In this document: positions 1 through 13,659 of the stretch, in pieces
Position numbering within the stretch: position 1 is the first letter of the stretch
How the letters are laid out: every line of letters starts with the position of its first letter
Assembly: GCA_035221665.1 (NCBI GenBank)
Contig: CM069154.1
Coordinates: forward strand, 34,224,001 to 34,288,000
Source of the DNA: Okamejei kenojei
Lineage: Eukaryota
Direction of reading: 5' to 3'
DNA: 64,000 nucleotides
Notes under the pieces: generated by a model
Told to the model about the DNA's origin: nothing
What the model saw: the letters and a program-made list of their open reading frames with translations, nothing else
Database searches by the model: none
Made by a program: the position numbers and the translations under genes

Positions 1-774
1 TACCAGAAGTATGGCACTGTTCTCAACAAACACGTTTTGCATCTATTAAACCAATTCCACGTTATATTTAAACCTAGTGCCTGCAAATATAACCCCATAA
101 TGCTGTTTACCTTTCGCAATTGATTGAGGATCTGAAAATCAATTCTTTTCTGAGTGAACCATGTTTAGAAATACGTCCATGTCATTTTGAGTCAGTTGGG
201 AAAATTGGCCCGGTGGTTCTTGTACCTTGTGTGGTTTGGACACAGGAATACATGGGATGAGGATATGTGCCATGCCATGCATTGCAATGTCATTTTGAGC
301 ATGTTGTCCAAGATGCACCCATTGATAGACACTTGCTGGAAAATGTGGTGACCTCGGCATAGGACTCTGGTGAGTGAATAACTTAACGAGGACCTTGGGC
401 AAAACCGTTGCCTCAATAGCTCTCGAGTCCTTAAACTGTGACCACACATTCCCCCTCCTCTAGCCAATTTCTTGTCCTCCAATCCCTCATTCCCACCACA
501 CTGATGCCAATGTGATCCCTCATTCGCATGTTCACGCCAATGGCTCAGCGCCCTTAATCCCTCCCACTCCCACTCAATAAACTTGCCACATAAATCCCTA
601 GTCTGTTCTCCCTCCTCCCGCCCACACTCTGCACACCCCAATGCCAGTAAGTCCCTTGCAGGAGAAGGCCTGGTGGGTAAGTTCAAGCCACCAAGTGAGT
701 CTGGGGTGGAACTCTTGAAAACACCTGGTGAGTCGTCCCCACCTGTATTTTTATGCAATAGGAAATCAAACACA

Positions 775-874
775 ACAGACTATCTCCTTCGCTCCTTAGA
801 TGCTGCTGCACCCGCTGAGTTTCTCCAGCTTTTTGTGTACCCTCGATTCTCCAGCATCTGCAGTTCCTTCTTTA
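775..874 (+). mobile_element. Penelope-like 3' end fragment (subfamily B)
   Basis: Same sequence as the arms of the 52510-52730 element. Flanked by direct repeat ACAACAGACTATC at 772-784 and 875-887. Confidence 0.7.
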
Positions 875-1030
875 ACAACAGACTATCCCCCCCGACTGAG
901 TGCCATTCAAGCACATTTTAGTCCAGAAGGATAGTACCACTGCATTTGGATACTTCAGCAAATTAGATTTCAGATTATTAACATGTTATTTAATTTGACA
1001 CTTTTAAAACAACAAAATAATTCAGTGAAT

Positions 1031-1320
1031 AAACACAAAAAGCTGGAGTAACCCAGTGGGTCAGACATTATCTCTGGAGAAAAGGTGACTTTTCAGGTTG
1101 CGACCCTTCTTCAGACTTAGTCAGGGGACAGGGAAACAAGAGATACAGACGGTAATATCAATGTTATCTCGCGTTTTCCTTTCTCCAGACTCTGAAGAAG
1201 GGTCTCGACCCGAAATGTCACCTGTTCCTTTTCTCCAGAGATGCTGTCTGACCCACTGAGTTACTCCAGCTTTTTGTGTCTATCTTCGGTTTAAACCAGC
1301 ATCTGCAGTTTCTTCCGACA
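1031..1320. mobile_element. Inverted pair of Penelope-like 3' ends with hammerhead-like motif
   Basis: Minus copy ~1031-1160, plus copy ~1165-1320. CTGAAGAAGGGTCTCGACCCGAAATGTC at 1192-1219. TSD AAAATAATTCAGTG at 1014-1027 and 1322-1335. Confidence 0.8.
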
Positions 1321-1877
1321 AAAAATAATTCAGTGCATCAGTTTGCCACAGATGGAGCACACTGCTAACTTTGTGGCTCGCTTATAATTTGAGATGGTTT
1401 TGATTTAGTTCAGCAAAATAACTCACTGAAAGTTTTTGATTCAGTTTGAGTTTGAGACAAGTGGATTAAATACACTGATCAAAATGTTATTTTCTGCAAA
1501 GTTTTTCTGAGAATTATTGTATTCAGGAAATAAGTAAAATATATTAACTTACATTTACAGACTACTGAACAGGATAATGGAGGGCGAGGGGGATTCAAAG
1601 GCTCAGAACGACAATGTTTTTGTTGTATAAATAGGCAGTGCTGGAGATGGCTAATATTTGAGGTTTAAATTTCAGTCTTTGATTATAAAGAAACCTGAAA
1701 ATGCACTGCTAGGTTCAGTTCAAATAAGCGACAAGAGGGAAGGCATAGATAGCTGGCCATGAGAATTGGACCGGGGACAAGCATACTCATTTCGTGATGA
1801 TGTTAAGGAATTACTGTATATTCCATGTAAAAATATGTGCTGACCATTCCCAAGTAAGTAAGTTATGAAATAAGACA

Positions 1878-2137
1878 AGTCTGCTGTCTGTGCGGAGTTT
1901 CTGCATTCTCTCTGTGACCGTGTGAGTAGCCTCTGGGTCCACGGGGTTCCAACTACATCCCCAAGACGTGCAGGTTTGTTGGTTAATTGGCCTCTGTGGG
2001 CTACCACTAGTGTGTGGGGACTGGAAAGGCAGGATGGCATACAGCTCGTGTGGGTGAGTAATCTGTGGCTGGTGTGGTCTCGGTGGGCCAAGGAGCTGGT
2101 TTCTATGCTGTGACTCGAAACTAAACTAAGCTAAACT
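1878..2137 (+). mobile_element. HE1/V-SINE, 5'-truncated
   Basis: V-domain-like TGCTGTCTGTGCGGAGTTT...GCAGGTTTGTTGGTTAATTGG and a (CTAAA)n tail. Confidence 0.7.
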
Positions 2138-3102
2138 ACAGTGGACCCATATAAGTAGGTCTGAGATTTGCCAAGTGACAAATGGTTGTATGTCTATGGA
2201 CCACTCCATCACCAGAGTCCATTTGTAACCCAGTGGGAGAGCCCAGCCCTGTTGGGACGCTCCAACATCATGCTGGCCTCTCTGCCCATCTGATTCCACG
2301 TCAATCAGACCTGGTGCAGAATCGTGCAAGCCTTTTATTTCAAGGCTGCGATTCTCAGTCTGCAAAGATGAGGAAGGTCATTAATTTTAAATAATTGAGT
2401 TGAGGTGTTTCCATCGATTTGCAAATACTTCAATGTGTTTTTGGTTAACTTTATCTTCACCCCCAGCTTCAAAGAGTAATGCGGGGAAGGAAGGGGCAGG
2501 AGCACAGTGTGATGCTGCCTGAGGCCTCTTCACCCCTGACCTTGAACTGTCTCCCAGGCACGGAGGGTTGGTGGGGTCAGCCCCCTGTATCCGGCCCGTG
2601 TTGTACACTCAGCGACAGTGGGCAGTGATACCAGGAGGCGGGCTGGGCTCAGCATGGTCCAACCTCCTGACTCTTGGGCGTCTGCATCAGGCTGCGCGGG
2701 ATTGTAAATCACACTCAATATGCATGAAAGCCCCATGCGCACAGATTATCCTTCACCCTGCCAGGGGCAGGTGGCCTCATAACCAGCACTGGTTTCCTGC
2801 TGGAGCTGCTTTGTGTGTAATCCCTTGGTGGTAATGCCTAGAAATGGTTTTGAATGTGTTAATTTGACTGAAAATTACTTTTGTCGCTTTAACCGTTGAA
2901 GCAGTCTGAAGGAGCCTATCTCTCTGGAAATGTTAACTCAATTTCTGTCTCCAATGATACTACCTGGATTGCTGACTTTTGTTCCAGCTCTTGTTTGACA
3001 TAAATTTGCTCTCGATTTCATGCACGCATCATGTATTGTTTGTGTGTTATACTGCATTTCCAAAATATGGTGCCACCGATTACAATGGAACTGCACTGTC
3101 TG

Positions 3103-3300
3103 ATTTAGTTTAGTTTAGTTTATTGTCCCTTGAACCAAGGTACAGCAAAAAACTTTTGTCGTGTGCTAACCAGTCAGCAGAAGGACTATACATGATTACA
3201 ATCTAGTGTACATATATAAGATAAACTGAATAACGTTTAGTTCAAAATAAAGTCCAGCAAAGTCCATGAAAGATAATCTCCAATGAGGTTGACGGTAGCT
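3103..3300 (-). mobile_element. Rex1/Babar-type LINE 3' UTR/tail
   Basis: (TTTAG)n followed by the reverse complement of the tail seen at 43765-43876 and 47820-48045. Confidence 0.6.
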
Positions 3301-3609
3301 CATTATAAGAAGAATATGGGCCAGTTGCTTTAGGATTGCTTCCCACTGGGTTTGTGCCGAATGGCCCTGCATTCTCCCAGTCAGATCTTTCTCTGTGAAT
3401 TCCACCTAATTTGCTCATGGATGAATAGCCGCTATAAACAAATTATACCATCTTGTGCTGTAGTGTGGCATAAATATCAAATGCTGTGGTCTGGTGTAAA
3501 GGCAAGGCACATAAACAGTTTTCTAAAGGGAGAACAAAAAATGCTGAAAACACACAAACCCAGACATTCTTTAGCTATCAGAGATGGGTGTGCACTAGCA
3601 TGTGTGCAA

Positions 3610-3915
3610 TTAGTTTAGTTTAGCTTAGTTTAGAGTTACAGCGTGGAAACAAATCTTCGGCCCACCGAGCCCATGCCAACCATCGATGACCAGTTGGCAC
3701 TTGTCCTATGTTATCCCACTTTGGCATCAAGCCCTACACACTGGAGCAATTTTAGCGGCCGACAAACTCGCAAGACTTTGGGATGTGGGAGAAAAACCAG
3801 ACCACCCAGAAAAACCGGACGCAGTCACAGGGAGAACATGCAAACTCCACAAGGACAGGACCCGAGACCAGGGTCAAAACCTGCGGGACGGCACCTATAC
3901 CGGCTGCACCACCGT
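3610..3915 (-). mobile_element. HE1/V-SINE
   Basis: Reverse complement of the 13660-13970 copy, with (TTTAG)n tail at 3610-3632. Confidence 0.75.
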
Positions 3916-4199
3916 ACCAGAGTAACATTCTATCATGCGTGATGCACACTCAGCACCATCGGAATGACTTGCACAAGTAAACGCCACAAAGGCTGTCCTC
4001 CCAAAACATGCGAGTTGTGGAGCACTTGCAAATCGGGGATGGGCGGCAGTATGTGGTGAGAACTTCATAGTCAGATCAATGGTGTTTCGATGTGTAATTG
4101 GGTATGTTGGGGAGTTGTGGTGGGAGAGGGGAGTCAGAAATGTAATCTTACCAAGGTCAATGGGAATTACAATCAGGGGGCAGATTCAAATCAGCATCA

Positions 4200-4296
4200 A
4201 TGGTCTAAAGAAGGGTCTCGACCCAAAACGTCACCCATTCCTTCTCTCCAGAGATGCTCTCTGTCCCGCTGAGTTACTCCACTTTTTTGTGTCTAC
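4200..4296 (+). mobile_element. Penelope-like 3' end with decayed hammerhead motif
   Basis: CTAAAGAAGGGTCTCGACCCAAAACGTC followed by the conserved ...GAGATGCT...GAGTTACTCCA tail. Confidence 0.75.
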
Positions 4297-4444
4297 AGTG
4301 GGGGAAGTGGTCTGTATGTGTGAGGGAAAATTATAACACAAAAGAAAATAAAGAACTTCCATTAAAAGTTCCTGTATCAGCTGCAGAGGATCTAAAGAGG
4401 TGGATGAGTTAGGGGCTCATCCATTAACATTGCTAAATGTCAAT

Positions 4445-4790
4445 TTATCGAAGCAGCTGCCCTACATTTATCCTATACCCCCTCTGGCAGCTCATTCTAT
4501 TGACCCACAAGCCTCTATGTGAAAAAGCCGCCCCTCGGGTTTTTATTAAACCTTTTCCCTTCTTGGCTTAAACATATGTGTCCTGGTTCTTGATTCCTCT
4601 ACTTTGGGTAAAAGACTGCAATTACTCCATATATCCCCTCCTCATGACCCTATACACCTCTGTAAAATCACCCTCACCTTCTTGCACCCCATGGAATAAA
4701 GTCCAGCCTGCCCAACCTCTCCCGATAGCTCAGGCCCTCAAGTCCTGGCAACGTCCTTGCAAATCTTCTCCGCACTCTCTCCAGCTTAGT
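4445..4790 (-). mobile_element. CR1 (HER1-like) LINE 3' fragment
   Basis: Resembles the reverse complement of the CR1 ORF2 C-terminus (cf. 26832-27085). Confidence 0.6.
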
Positions 4791-6414
4791 TTTCAAAATA
4801 TATACTTCATCCCATTGAGATTAGATGGCAAAGGAAATGGAGACTTGAGATTCATATGAAGAGGCATTGAGTATAAAACCTTGGAGGTAATGTTGAAATG
4901 ATAAACAACATTGGCTAAAACACGACTGGACTACTGCTTCTAATTCTGGTGACTGCATTTAGAGTCATACATATAGTCAAAGAGCATGGAGGCAGGCCCA
5001 TCGGCCCACCTTGCCCACGCCAAAGGTTTAGAAAGGTTGTAAAGGCCAGGTGTGGGTGCCGGAGAGAGATGCTAGCACTGTTCCATGGCTGAAAGATTTC
5101 AGCTGGAAAGTTCAATTGGAGTAGCTGATATTGGTCTCCTTCCAGAAAATAAGTTTAAAAAGGTGATTTGATAAGATAGCTTTTAGCTAGGCCCCTGGAT
5201 TTGCAGGGAATGGAGGCAGACGAGAACTGTTCAGCTCGGCATCATCACAAACATTGTGGGTCGAAGGACCCGTTGATACTGGGCTGTACTGGTCAATGTT
5301 CTATGTGTAAGATCTTGACAGGTTTGAAGGGATAGAAAAAGTGTGTTTTGAGAGCCAAGGACATGGATTCAAAGTGATGGCCAAAATACTCTGCTGCAGT
5401 GTGGAAACAGCATCAGAAAGGCATGGAATAGCAAGAGAGAAAAATAACTCAAGGCTGGGGAAAAGAGCAGGAGAATGGGATTGAATAGATGTCGGTTCAC
5501 CTAAATTCATGGAGTTACATGGCATGGAAACACGGCAATCAAGATGCTTATTGAGGCTAGTTCCATTTTCTGGCATTTGGCCAATATCCCTCTAAACTTT
5601 TCCTGTCCATGTACCTGTCCAAATATCTTTAAATGAGTCAACTGGATTTTAATTCTATGATTTTGTGATAATCTTCTGTGGAGAATATTGTTGTTCAATT
5701 TTGCCCATAAAATACCTATTGTGGATAGCATCATACAAGTCAAAGGTTCACTGCCAAGACTTACTAAGACTGTACCACTACAATAGGTTGCTTCAGCACT
5801 ACTAAATGAATCAATCATAGAGCACATAAAGAGACTAGTTAACCTATCTTATTCTTTGGGAGAATTGTCTAATATACAACTTTACTTACTTTTCAAGAAT
5901 ATGTTCACAATGACACCAGTGACCCAGGTTCAAAGCTGATCTTGGGTCCTATTTGGAGTTGAAGCATTCTCCTCCAGACCAGGTATTTCAGTTTCCTTCA
6001 CCACCCCAAACCCTCACACCACTCCCCACCCCCACTCCCCAGCCTAAAAATGCTGGTGGGCAAATTAGCTACTGGAAGTTACACTTAATATTGGTATGTG
6101 GCAAAGAGAATCAAAATGATGTATTGGGCATGTAAGAGAGGATGTTTTCATTTTTCAGAAAATAAGAAGCGAATGGGACTTCTGGGATTGTTTTGCTTGG
6201 AGATGGTTTGGGCCTGACGGAATGAATAACCTATTTCTGTGTTAAAAAAAACAAGTTAATCCTCTTTTGAAAACTACCATTGAATCCGTACCCACACTCT
6301 TTCCTGACTTCAAAATAATTGTAATTCATTGCGTAAAAGTAAAAATTAACTTTCTGGTTCATTTACCATTTATATTAAATCTGTTGTCTGTCTACTAATT
6401 ATCCTGTAATAATA

Positions 6415-6845
6415 AAAATAGAAAATGCTGAAATACTCAGCAGGTCAGACTGCGTCTGTGGGAAGAGAAACAGAGAAGCTCACTTTTAAACAAATCGATG
6501 TTGGATCTCAGCACCAGGCAGCTTCTCAGGAGGGAAATGGATAGAAACATAGAAAATAGGTGCAGGAGGAGGCCATTCGGCCCTTCGAGCCAGCAGCGCC
6601 AATCATTGTGATCATGGCTGATTGTCCCCAATCAATAACCCGTGCTTGCCTTCTCCCCATATCCCTTGATTCCACAAGCCCCTAGAGCTCTATCTAACTC
6701 TCTCTTAAATCCATCCAGCCCTGGATGCAGTCTGAAGAAAGGGCTTGAAAGGATCGTCTTATGTCAAATTCCCATCGCAGAAGCTGCCTGGCCTGCAAAG
6801 TTCCTTCTTCAGCTTGCTTCTTGCTTAAGATTCCAGCAGCTGTGG
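6415..6845. mobile_element. Degenerate inverted Penelope ends interrupted by a minus-strand CR1 3' end (~6540-6718)
   Basis: CATAGAAAATAGGTGCAGGAGGAGGCCATTCGGCCC CR1 tail sits inside. CTGAAGAAAGGGCTTGAAA at ~6732. Confidence 0.6.
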
Positions 6846-7197
6846 ACCTCTTATTTTTCCACTTTGCTAACTCTCCCTTTGGTGGAAGTAATTCTTATTT
6901 ATTCGACCAGAATCACAGCAGATGCACTCTTTCTTTGTCACTTGTAGTTTTATCCCATGAAAGTTAGACGACCACTCACGAGTCTTTCATTGGAATCTGA
7001 GCGGCCCTATAACTGGACGAGTGAGGTGCCAAACACGCACTGCATGTTTAAAGAGGTATAACTGGTATAACTGTTTCTCGGGAAGAGATTAATTCTGTAC
7101 ATTGATAACATGTGATAACAATAGCATGAAACAGAAGTGAAGCCACTTGATTTATCTTCAACACATTGATATGTTTTAAGAGGTAACAGAATCCAAC

Positions 7198-7332
7198 CTT
7201 CAGGACGTAGGATGCAGGTGTGCTGGTTGTCACTGAGGAAGAAGCCCTCCCGACATCGGCACTCGTAGCTTCCCATCATATTGACACAGATCTGCTGGCA
7301 TCCACCATTGCTATCTCCACATTCATCCACAT
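7198..7332 (-). CDS. scube3: Internal coding exon (135 bp, phase 1-1) of a SCUBE-family gene; calcium-binding EGF domain; best match SCUBE3
   Basis: Translates (D)[44 protein letters not shown](x), with 6-Cys cbEGF spacing. [15 protein letters not shown] and RPE match recalled SCUBE3 better than SCUBE1/2. Acceptor ttttctttctccAG (AG = 7334-7333) and donor GTtgg (7197-7196) on the minus strand. Confidence 0.88.
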
Positions 7333-7424
7333 CTGGAGAAAGAAAAACAGAAGTCATTAAAACTCACTGATGACATTAAATCCCAATACATTGAACCCTT
7401 GTTGAGTGTCATTGTCTGTAACTC

Positions 7425-8100
7425 ATTTTCACCATTTGACCCACAGTTAACAATGGCCTGTTTCCTTTAGCATTATTACTTTATTGCATATGTTTCATTC
7501 ATTTGTTCTATATTTCTCTATATCACTGCCTACATCTCTCGTTTCCCTATTGCTGACCCTCAGAGTCTCAACCTGAAACGTCACCTATTACTTTGCTCCA
7601 GAGATGCTGTCTGACCCGTTGAGTTCCTCCAGCTTTTTGTGTCTATCTTCAGTTTAAACCAGCATCTGCAGTTCCTTCCTACACAACCCCTCTCGGTTGC
7701 TAGGTACAAGCTGATGAGCAACACATATTGCAAATGTGAACACATGGAGTGCTGGAGTAATTCACCATCTCAGTTGAACATGGTTAGGCGACGTTTTGGG
7801 TCAAGACTCTCCTTCAGATGTATTGTGGGGGTGGGGGGGGGAGAATAACTGGAAGAGATGAGAGGCAGGACAAAGGCTAGCAGATTATTTAGCCGACACA
7901 GGTGTGGGTTATTTGATAGGCAGATGGTTGTACACAAGCCAGAGAAGAAAAGACAGAAGGTGTGAGACAAAAGGATTGAAGAGTTGTGCACTGTGAAGCC
8001 AGCGGAAGGAATGTGGGTGGAAAGGGAGAAGGAGGGGAGAAATAGGTGTGAGTCCAGGTGGGGGCACAGGGAAGAGAGGGGAGGGAAAAGTGGCGGGGAT
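7425..8100. mobile_element. Two Penelope-like 3' fragments (plus ~7425-7685, minus ~7740-8100) just upstream of the exon acceptor
   Basis: 3' UTR and tail sequences match 19230-19550 and 15960-16380. Confidence 0.65.
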
Positions 8101-8639
8101 GTTATAAACTCAGAATGTTATGTCAAAAAGTGCAACAAATCCATATCCTCTAAGTAATGTCACACTGAGAGGCTTCTCCCAACCTTGCCACTTCTGTGGG
8201 AAGAAGATGCAGTGTGATTCTGGTTTTAGGTTCATTGAATCATACAGCACAGGAACTGGTGCTTCACTTCATCATGTCCGTGCCGATCATTAAGGATCCA
8301 CCTGTATTAATCCCATTTACCAGGACTGGATCCATGGCCTTTATGTGCTCTCCAAGATACCTTTCAAACACAAGAGCACTTATCCGAATATTATTTTATT
8401 ATTATTCGGATATATTATTTTACTTCTTTTAATTAAGTCCAATAGTTTTGATTAATTTATAAAATTATAATTGTAAATATATGTGCTATTTATTAATTTT
8501 CAAAATCATTTTTAATTTTTTGAATGTACTTCAATTATTTTCCATTTCTTTAAGCATTGGAGTAATTTACAAACAGAAGGCCTGTTTTCTGCACTTGATT
8601 TGGATTTCTAGCACTTTAACTTATATGCTCTGTTAAAAT

Positions 8640-9570
8640 GGCAAATCTTGTGCTCTGTCAAGTGGACACAAGTGGATTCAATAGCACTTGTCAAAGAGCA
8701 AAGCGGTTTGTCCAATGTCCTGGCCAATATTTACTCATCACTCAACATTTTCTCAACAAATCCATCTATCACCTCCTGACATTTAATTGTATGAACATAA
8801 TTGAATCTTCCACTATCAATTACCTCGGGGTTACTATTGACCAGAAACTGAAATGAAGTAGCCACATACACACTGCGGCTACAAGAACAGGTCTGAGCTA
8901 GGAATCCTGTGACGAGTAACTCACCCGTTAACTCACAAAGCCTGTTATCATCCACAAGGCTCAAGTCAGGAGTATGATGAATACTTCCCAGTTGCCTGAA
9001 TGTGTCCAGCTTCACCAACACCCAGGAAGCCTAACACCAGGCCGGACAATGTAGCCACTGGATAGGCATCCCATCCACCTATTCACTCACTCCACTACCG
9101 ATGAACAGTAACACCAGTGTGTACATCTACAGAAGGTACCCTGGCAACTCACCATGTCTGCACCTTCCAAACCCACAACCTCTACAATCTAGAAAACAGG
9201 GACAGCAAATGCATGGAACACCACCACCTGGAAGTTGACCTCCAAGCTACGCGCCATCCTGACTTGGAAATATATTACCGTTCCTTCACCGTTGTTGGGT
9301 TAAAATTGCTGAACTCCCTCCCTAAGAGGTAGTGGGTATAGCCACAACACAGAGACTGGCAGTTCTCCACCATCTTCTCAAAGGCAATTAGGGATGGGCA
9401 ATTAGATGCTGGCACAACCTGCATCGCCCATATCCCTTCAATGAATAATAAAAAAAATATACTTGTTTGTCAAGATTTGGTGTGTGAAAATCTACATTAC
9501 AACAGGAACAATACTTAAATGATGCTACATTGGGTCCTAAGCATTTTTCGGGCATTGAAACTGCTGAAGA
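8640..9570 (+). mobile_element. Deu-domain SINE (SacSINE1/AmnSINE1-like) split by a LINE 3' fragment (~8790-9457)
   Basis: Deu-like TGTCCTGGCCAATATTTA at ~8715 and SINE tail CTACATTACAACAG at ~9492. Insert encodes ...INYLGVTIDQKL... and ends GGCAATTAGGGATGGGCAATTAGATGCTGGC...GAATAATAAAAAAAA. Confidence 0.55.
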
Positions 9571-9614
9571 CACTAAGCCTCAAGCCTACTCCACCATTCA
9601 ATAAACCCATTGCA

Positions 9615-10155
9615 CAACTAGTAAAGTGACTGCCTCATAGTCTCAGAGACCCATCCAATCCTGACCTCGGGCGCTGTCCATGTGAAGTGTGCAGGTTCTC
9701 CCAATTTACATGGGCTTCCTCTGAGTGCACCGCTTTCCTCCCACATCCTAAAGATGTGCAGCCACAATGAACTGCAGATGCTGGAATCTTGCACAAAACA
9801 CAAAATGCTGGAGTAACTCCAGCAGGTCAGGCATCACCTCTGGAGGAAATAGATAGGCAACGTTTGGGTCAGGATACTTCTTCACACAGCAAGTCTGAAG
9901 AAGGGTCCCAATTCGAAACGTAGCCTGGCTATATCTTCTTGGGATGCAGCCTGACCCCGTGAGTTACTTCAGCACTTTAAGCTCTACTCCTAAAGATGTG
10001 TAGGTTGGAAGATTAGTCGGCCATTGTAAATTGTAAGTGTGTAGCTAGGTAGAGGAATCTGGAGGAAATTGTTGACAATATGAGGGAACTTAAAAAAGGA
10101 TCATTGTAGGAATGTTGTTTAGTTGATAGTCGGCATGGGCTTGCTGTTTCTGCAC
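9615..10155 (+). mobile_element. HE1/V-SINE with nested inverted Penelope end pair (~9762-9987)
   Basis: TSD TCCTAAAGATGTG at 9746-9758 and 9988-10000. SINE sequence continues on both sides. Confidence 0.75.
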
Positions 10156-12644
10156 TGTATCTCTCTGTGACTCTTCTAGCAGCTTAGCAACTTTCCTAAT
10201 GGGAATCATTCAGATCAAACAAACAGTTTACCAAAAAATGACAAAATGCAGTTTGTGATTAAATAGTAAAGACATATGGCTTGTTTTTACTTTATTTGAA
10301 ATACTTATTGCATCACGTCATTTTATCGTAAATGAACCTGTGATTAGAGTATCAACATTTGGAAATTGGAGTATGAAGGTTTAAACTGGCGTCACATCCT
10401 CACAGGACGAACATGAAGACATTCCCAACACCACTTTCCTTTTTGGGAAGAAAATTAATTTATGTTCTGAAGTGGAACTTGAAGTAAGCTCAAGGATTTT
10501 GGAGTAGATATGGGGAAGTACTAGACACGAGGGGAATATTTGTAAGACTGAATGAAGTAGCTCAGTAAACCTGCTCCTTCATGGTGAATCTGGCTAGCTG
10601 TCTGCGACAACATCCATGACTACTTTGTTCAGCCAACACCCCATGCATTTTGCACGGAACAGCGGCAGTTCCTAAAGATCTAATTAAATATCATTAACAG
10701 TTACAGTGATTTTATATCCAAGTCGTGTCTGAATAATTGGCATCTAATTGCAAATGTAGTAGTTTTGTTTAAAGTAAAATTGGCCTAGGATAAAAAGGAC
10801 AAAGGGATAAAATGGAAATCTGAAAATAAAAACAGAAAATGGCAGAAACACAAATCAATCAGAGCAGAAAAAAGGATAGTTTCAAGTGAGCCTCTTTGTT
10901 AGAGTCAATATTTTACAGATGGTGTACATGGCACCTGGAGCCATTATATTTATAATAGCAGCAACAAATAAAGAGCGTATTTAATGAACAGATCCACTGC
11001 CTGCAACGTTAACTGATTATCCCACATACCTATTTGTGTCAGTTATTATCCTGCCACATTCTAGTGTTAATATAAATGTTAATATAATTTGTCCAACATA
11101 TTATTGTCCAACGTATTAACATTAATTTTCCACCATATATAGTGATGTAAAAAAGATTTTACTGCTTTGCACAACTGCATTAATCTAAATTTCCTACTAA
11201 TGATTTTAATTTGTATTTCCTATAATGCAATTTTCCAAGTATATAATGTTTATGTGAAATAAGACCATAAGCAAGGAAGTTAATGGAAATTGCCTGTACT
11301 ACATTGCTATAATGTTCCAGGTAAATGCAGGTTTAAAAAAAAAAAAATTGTTTACTATGTACAAATGTTAATGCAATGTACCTGCTCCATGATCAATAAT
11401 AGTGAAAGAAGATGTAATTTAATAATGCCTGTTGTAATCATTAGTGGTTACCTCCAAAATCTCATCATTTAGGTAAATGTATTTCAAAAGTTGAGAAATA
11501 TCCGTAAAATAACTGTCATAAATTGTCATGTGTCATACATTATGAATAAAGCATTTTTAATAGATTCCATAGTAATGGAAAATGGTTGGTACAATTTGCA
11601 TGATGTAAGTGATATGTGTTTTTATTAATTATCAATAATGGGTAGCTTGCAATAAAATCTGCTTTAAAACATAGTTCATAATTTAAAGCACACATTTTTT
11701 TTCTCAGGCATAAAGACTTAGGTGAAAAAACATAGGCACTGTGTTAGAATTGAGCTCAGCAGTAAGACAAGGAGTACGGTTAAACATCCACCAGTCAGTC
11801 ACCCACACCAGTTAGTATTGATCCACTGATTACAAGCTGGCTTTCCCCACTGTACGGATTTGCTTCAATGCCTCTACAGCCTCTTGGCCACGTCAGTAAT
11901 AAAGGGTTTTGAAGATGATCTTTTTCTTGATTAGAACTGTCGCCTTATAGTAGGCTGAAGTGCTCTCTTCATTAACTCCATGGGCAGGTGATACGACCAG
12001 CCATTTTATGTGGGTCTGTAGGTGAGCTGCATTATTATCTGGTGATCATTGTTGCCATGCACTGTCAGCAAGACTTGCTGAAATGTGACATTCCCATTAT
12101 AATCAATTGCATCCTCATTGTCAATGCTAAACGATTAAACAATATGACAGTGAGATTTCAAGGACTACACACTCAACATTCATAAATTATTTTTTTAAAT
12201 GCATATATTAATGTTCATTTGCCTACAACGTTCACAGATAAACTGGAGCACATCCACCTCTGTGACAGATTACTGTAGGTTCCAGACTGAGTCTGTGCTT
12301 TAAGTCCATAACTTGGACTCAGATTTGGAACAGCAGAGGTCTTGAGGAAGGAATTAGTCTTTAATCAATTCAGCTAAATGTGTGCAAGTGCAGAGGCCAC
12401 AAGTTCAACCCCCCTCCTGCACACTGATGTTAATGTAATTGAATGTGACAAGGTGATGAAAACCATTTTCTTACAAGGTTTATCTCTTTCTTTAATTCAA
12501 AAGCTCTTTCTTTGGTACAGGGAATTATGAAAGATTCCTATAACAGATTCTTCATTCATACTGGATTACTACCATCAAATTAACTGGTCATTTATTTCCC
12601 AATAATTGTAGGGTAACATATAATCCCATGTTTGCTCATAGAGA

Positions 12645-12943
12645 GCGGCACAGTGGTAGAGTTGCTGCCTTGCAGCGCCAGAGACCTAGGTTTGATCCAA
12701 TCAATGGGTGCTGTCTGTATGGAGTTTGTATATTCTCCTTCTGACCATGTTGGTTTTCTCTGGTGCTCCGGTTTCCTCACGCATCCCAAAGATGAGCAGG
12801 TTTGTAGGTTATATAGGATCTGTATATTGTTCCTTGTGTGTAGGATGCGAATATGGGATAACACAGAACTAGTGAATGGGTGATTGTTGGTCGGCACAGA
12901 CTCGGAGGGCCAAAAGTGTTTCCACGCTGTTTCTCTAAACTAA
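12645..12943 (+). mobile_element. HE1/V-SINE
   Basis: tRNA-like head GGCACAGTGGTAGAGTTGCTGCC...GGTTTGATCC, V-domain and CTAAACTAAA tail. Confidence 0.8.
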
Positions 12944-13659
12944 ACAACAGTGACTCTCCTTAATTGGCTGTGAACAATTTTTAAATGTCCCAAGGCAATG
13001 AGAAATTCGACATCCCTGTGGAAAGTGTGAGGTCTTCTTCTAATCTGCCCCAACATGATCAGAGCAACTATTTTGATTTCAGAGCTAAATGAAGAGTCAC
13101 CACAGCGCCACAATAAAGGTTTAAAGCAAAACAACATCACAATCCAGGTTGGTACCTGCATTTAGAAAGTGCAAGCTAAATACTGACTATTTAATGCTGA
13201 GAAAAGACCCATATTCTCTTCATTAGTCTGTCATGAAAGACAATTTTGTTGAGGATTTACATTATCAAATAAATATTTTGACCCTAAAAAGTGTTGGATC
13301 CATGTGTGAAGGACTAAAGTCTAAATTCCAGCATTGTATGGTTGTAATTTGCTCTGAATGTTGAAGGAATTCATTGTTATCGTCCAAGAAAGTCACCTCC
13401 AACAATCCTTTCCCTTTTCCATTATCAGCTGCTGCTGGCATCAGTTCCAGCAAATCCCGATAAACCAGCATCTCTGATTCTATCAAGATGGTTTAACAGC
13501 CAATCTAAATAAAGAATCCTCACGGCATAGGGGAAAGTAGAAAGCCCAATTTTAAGTGAATCCTTAAAACATCTGGGAAATCCAGGTCAATGCTTGCCTG
13601 GGGGACATTGGCCTGATACAGTGATTGGGTCATGGTCCATGGCAAGATATGAGGAAAGG

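Noticed and set aside
139-447. Minus ORF containing HGMAHI, superficially like the next SCUBE exon (HGCAHIC)
   Set aside because: No EGF cysteine pattern and no matching flanking residues; chance similarity.
7007-7197. Extension of the SCUBE ORF beyond RPE
   Set aside because: Lies past the GT donor; intronic read-through with no SCUBE similarity.
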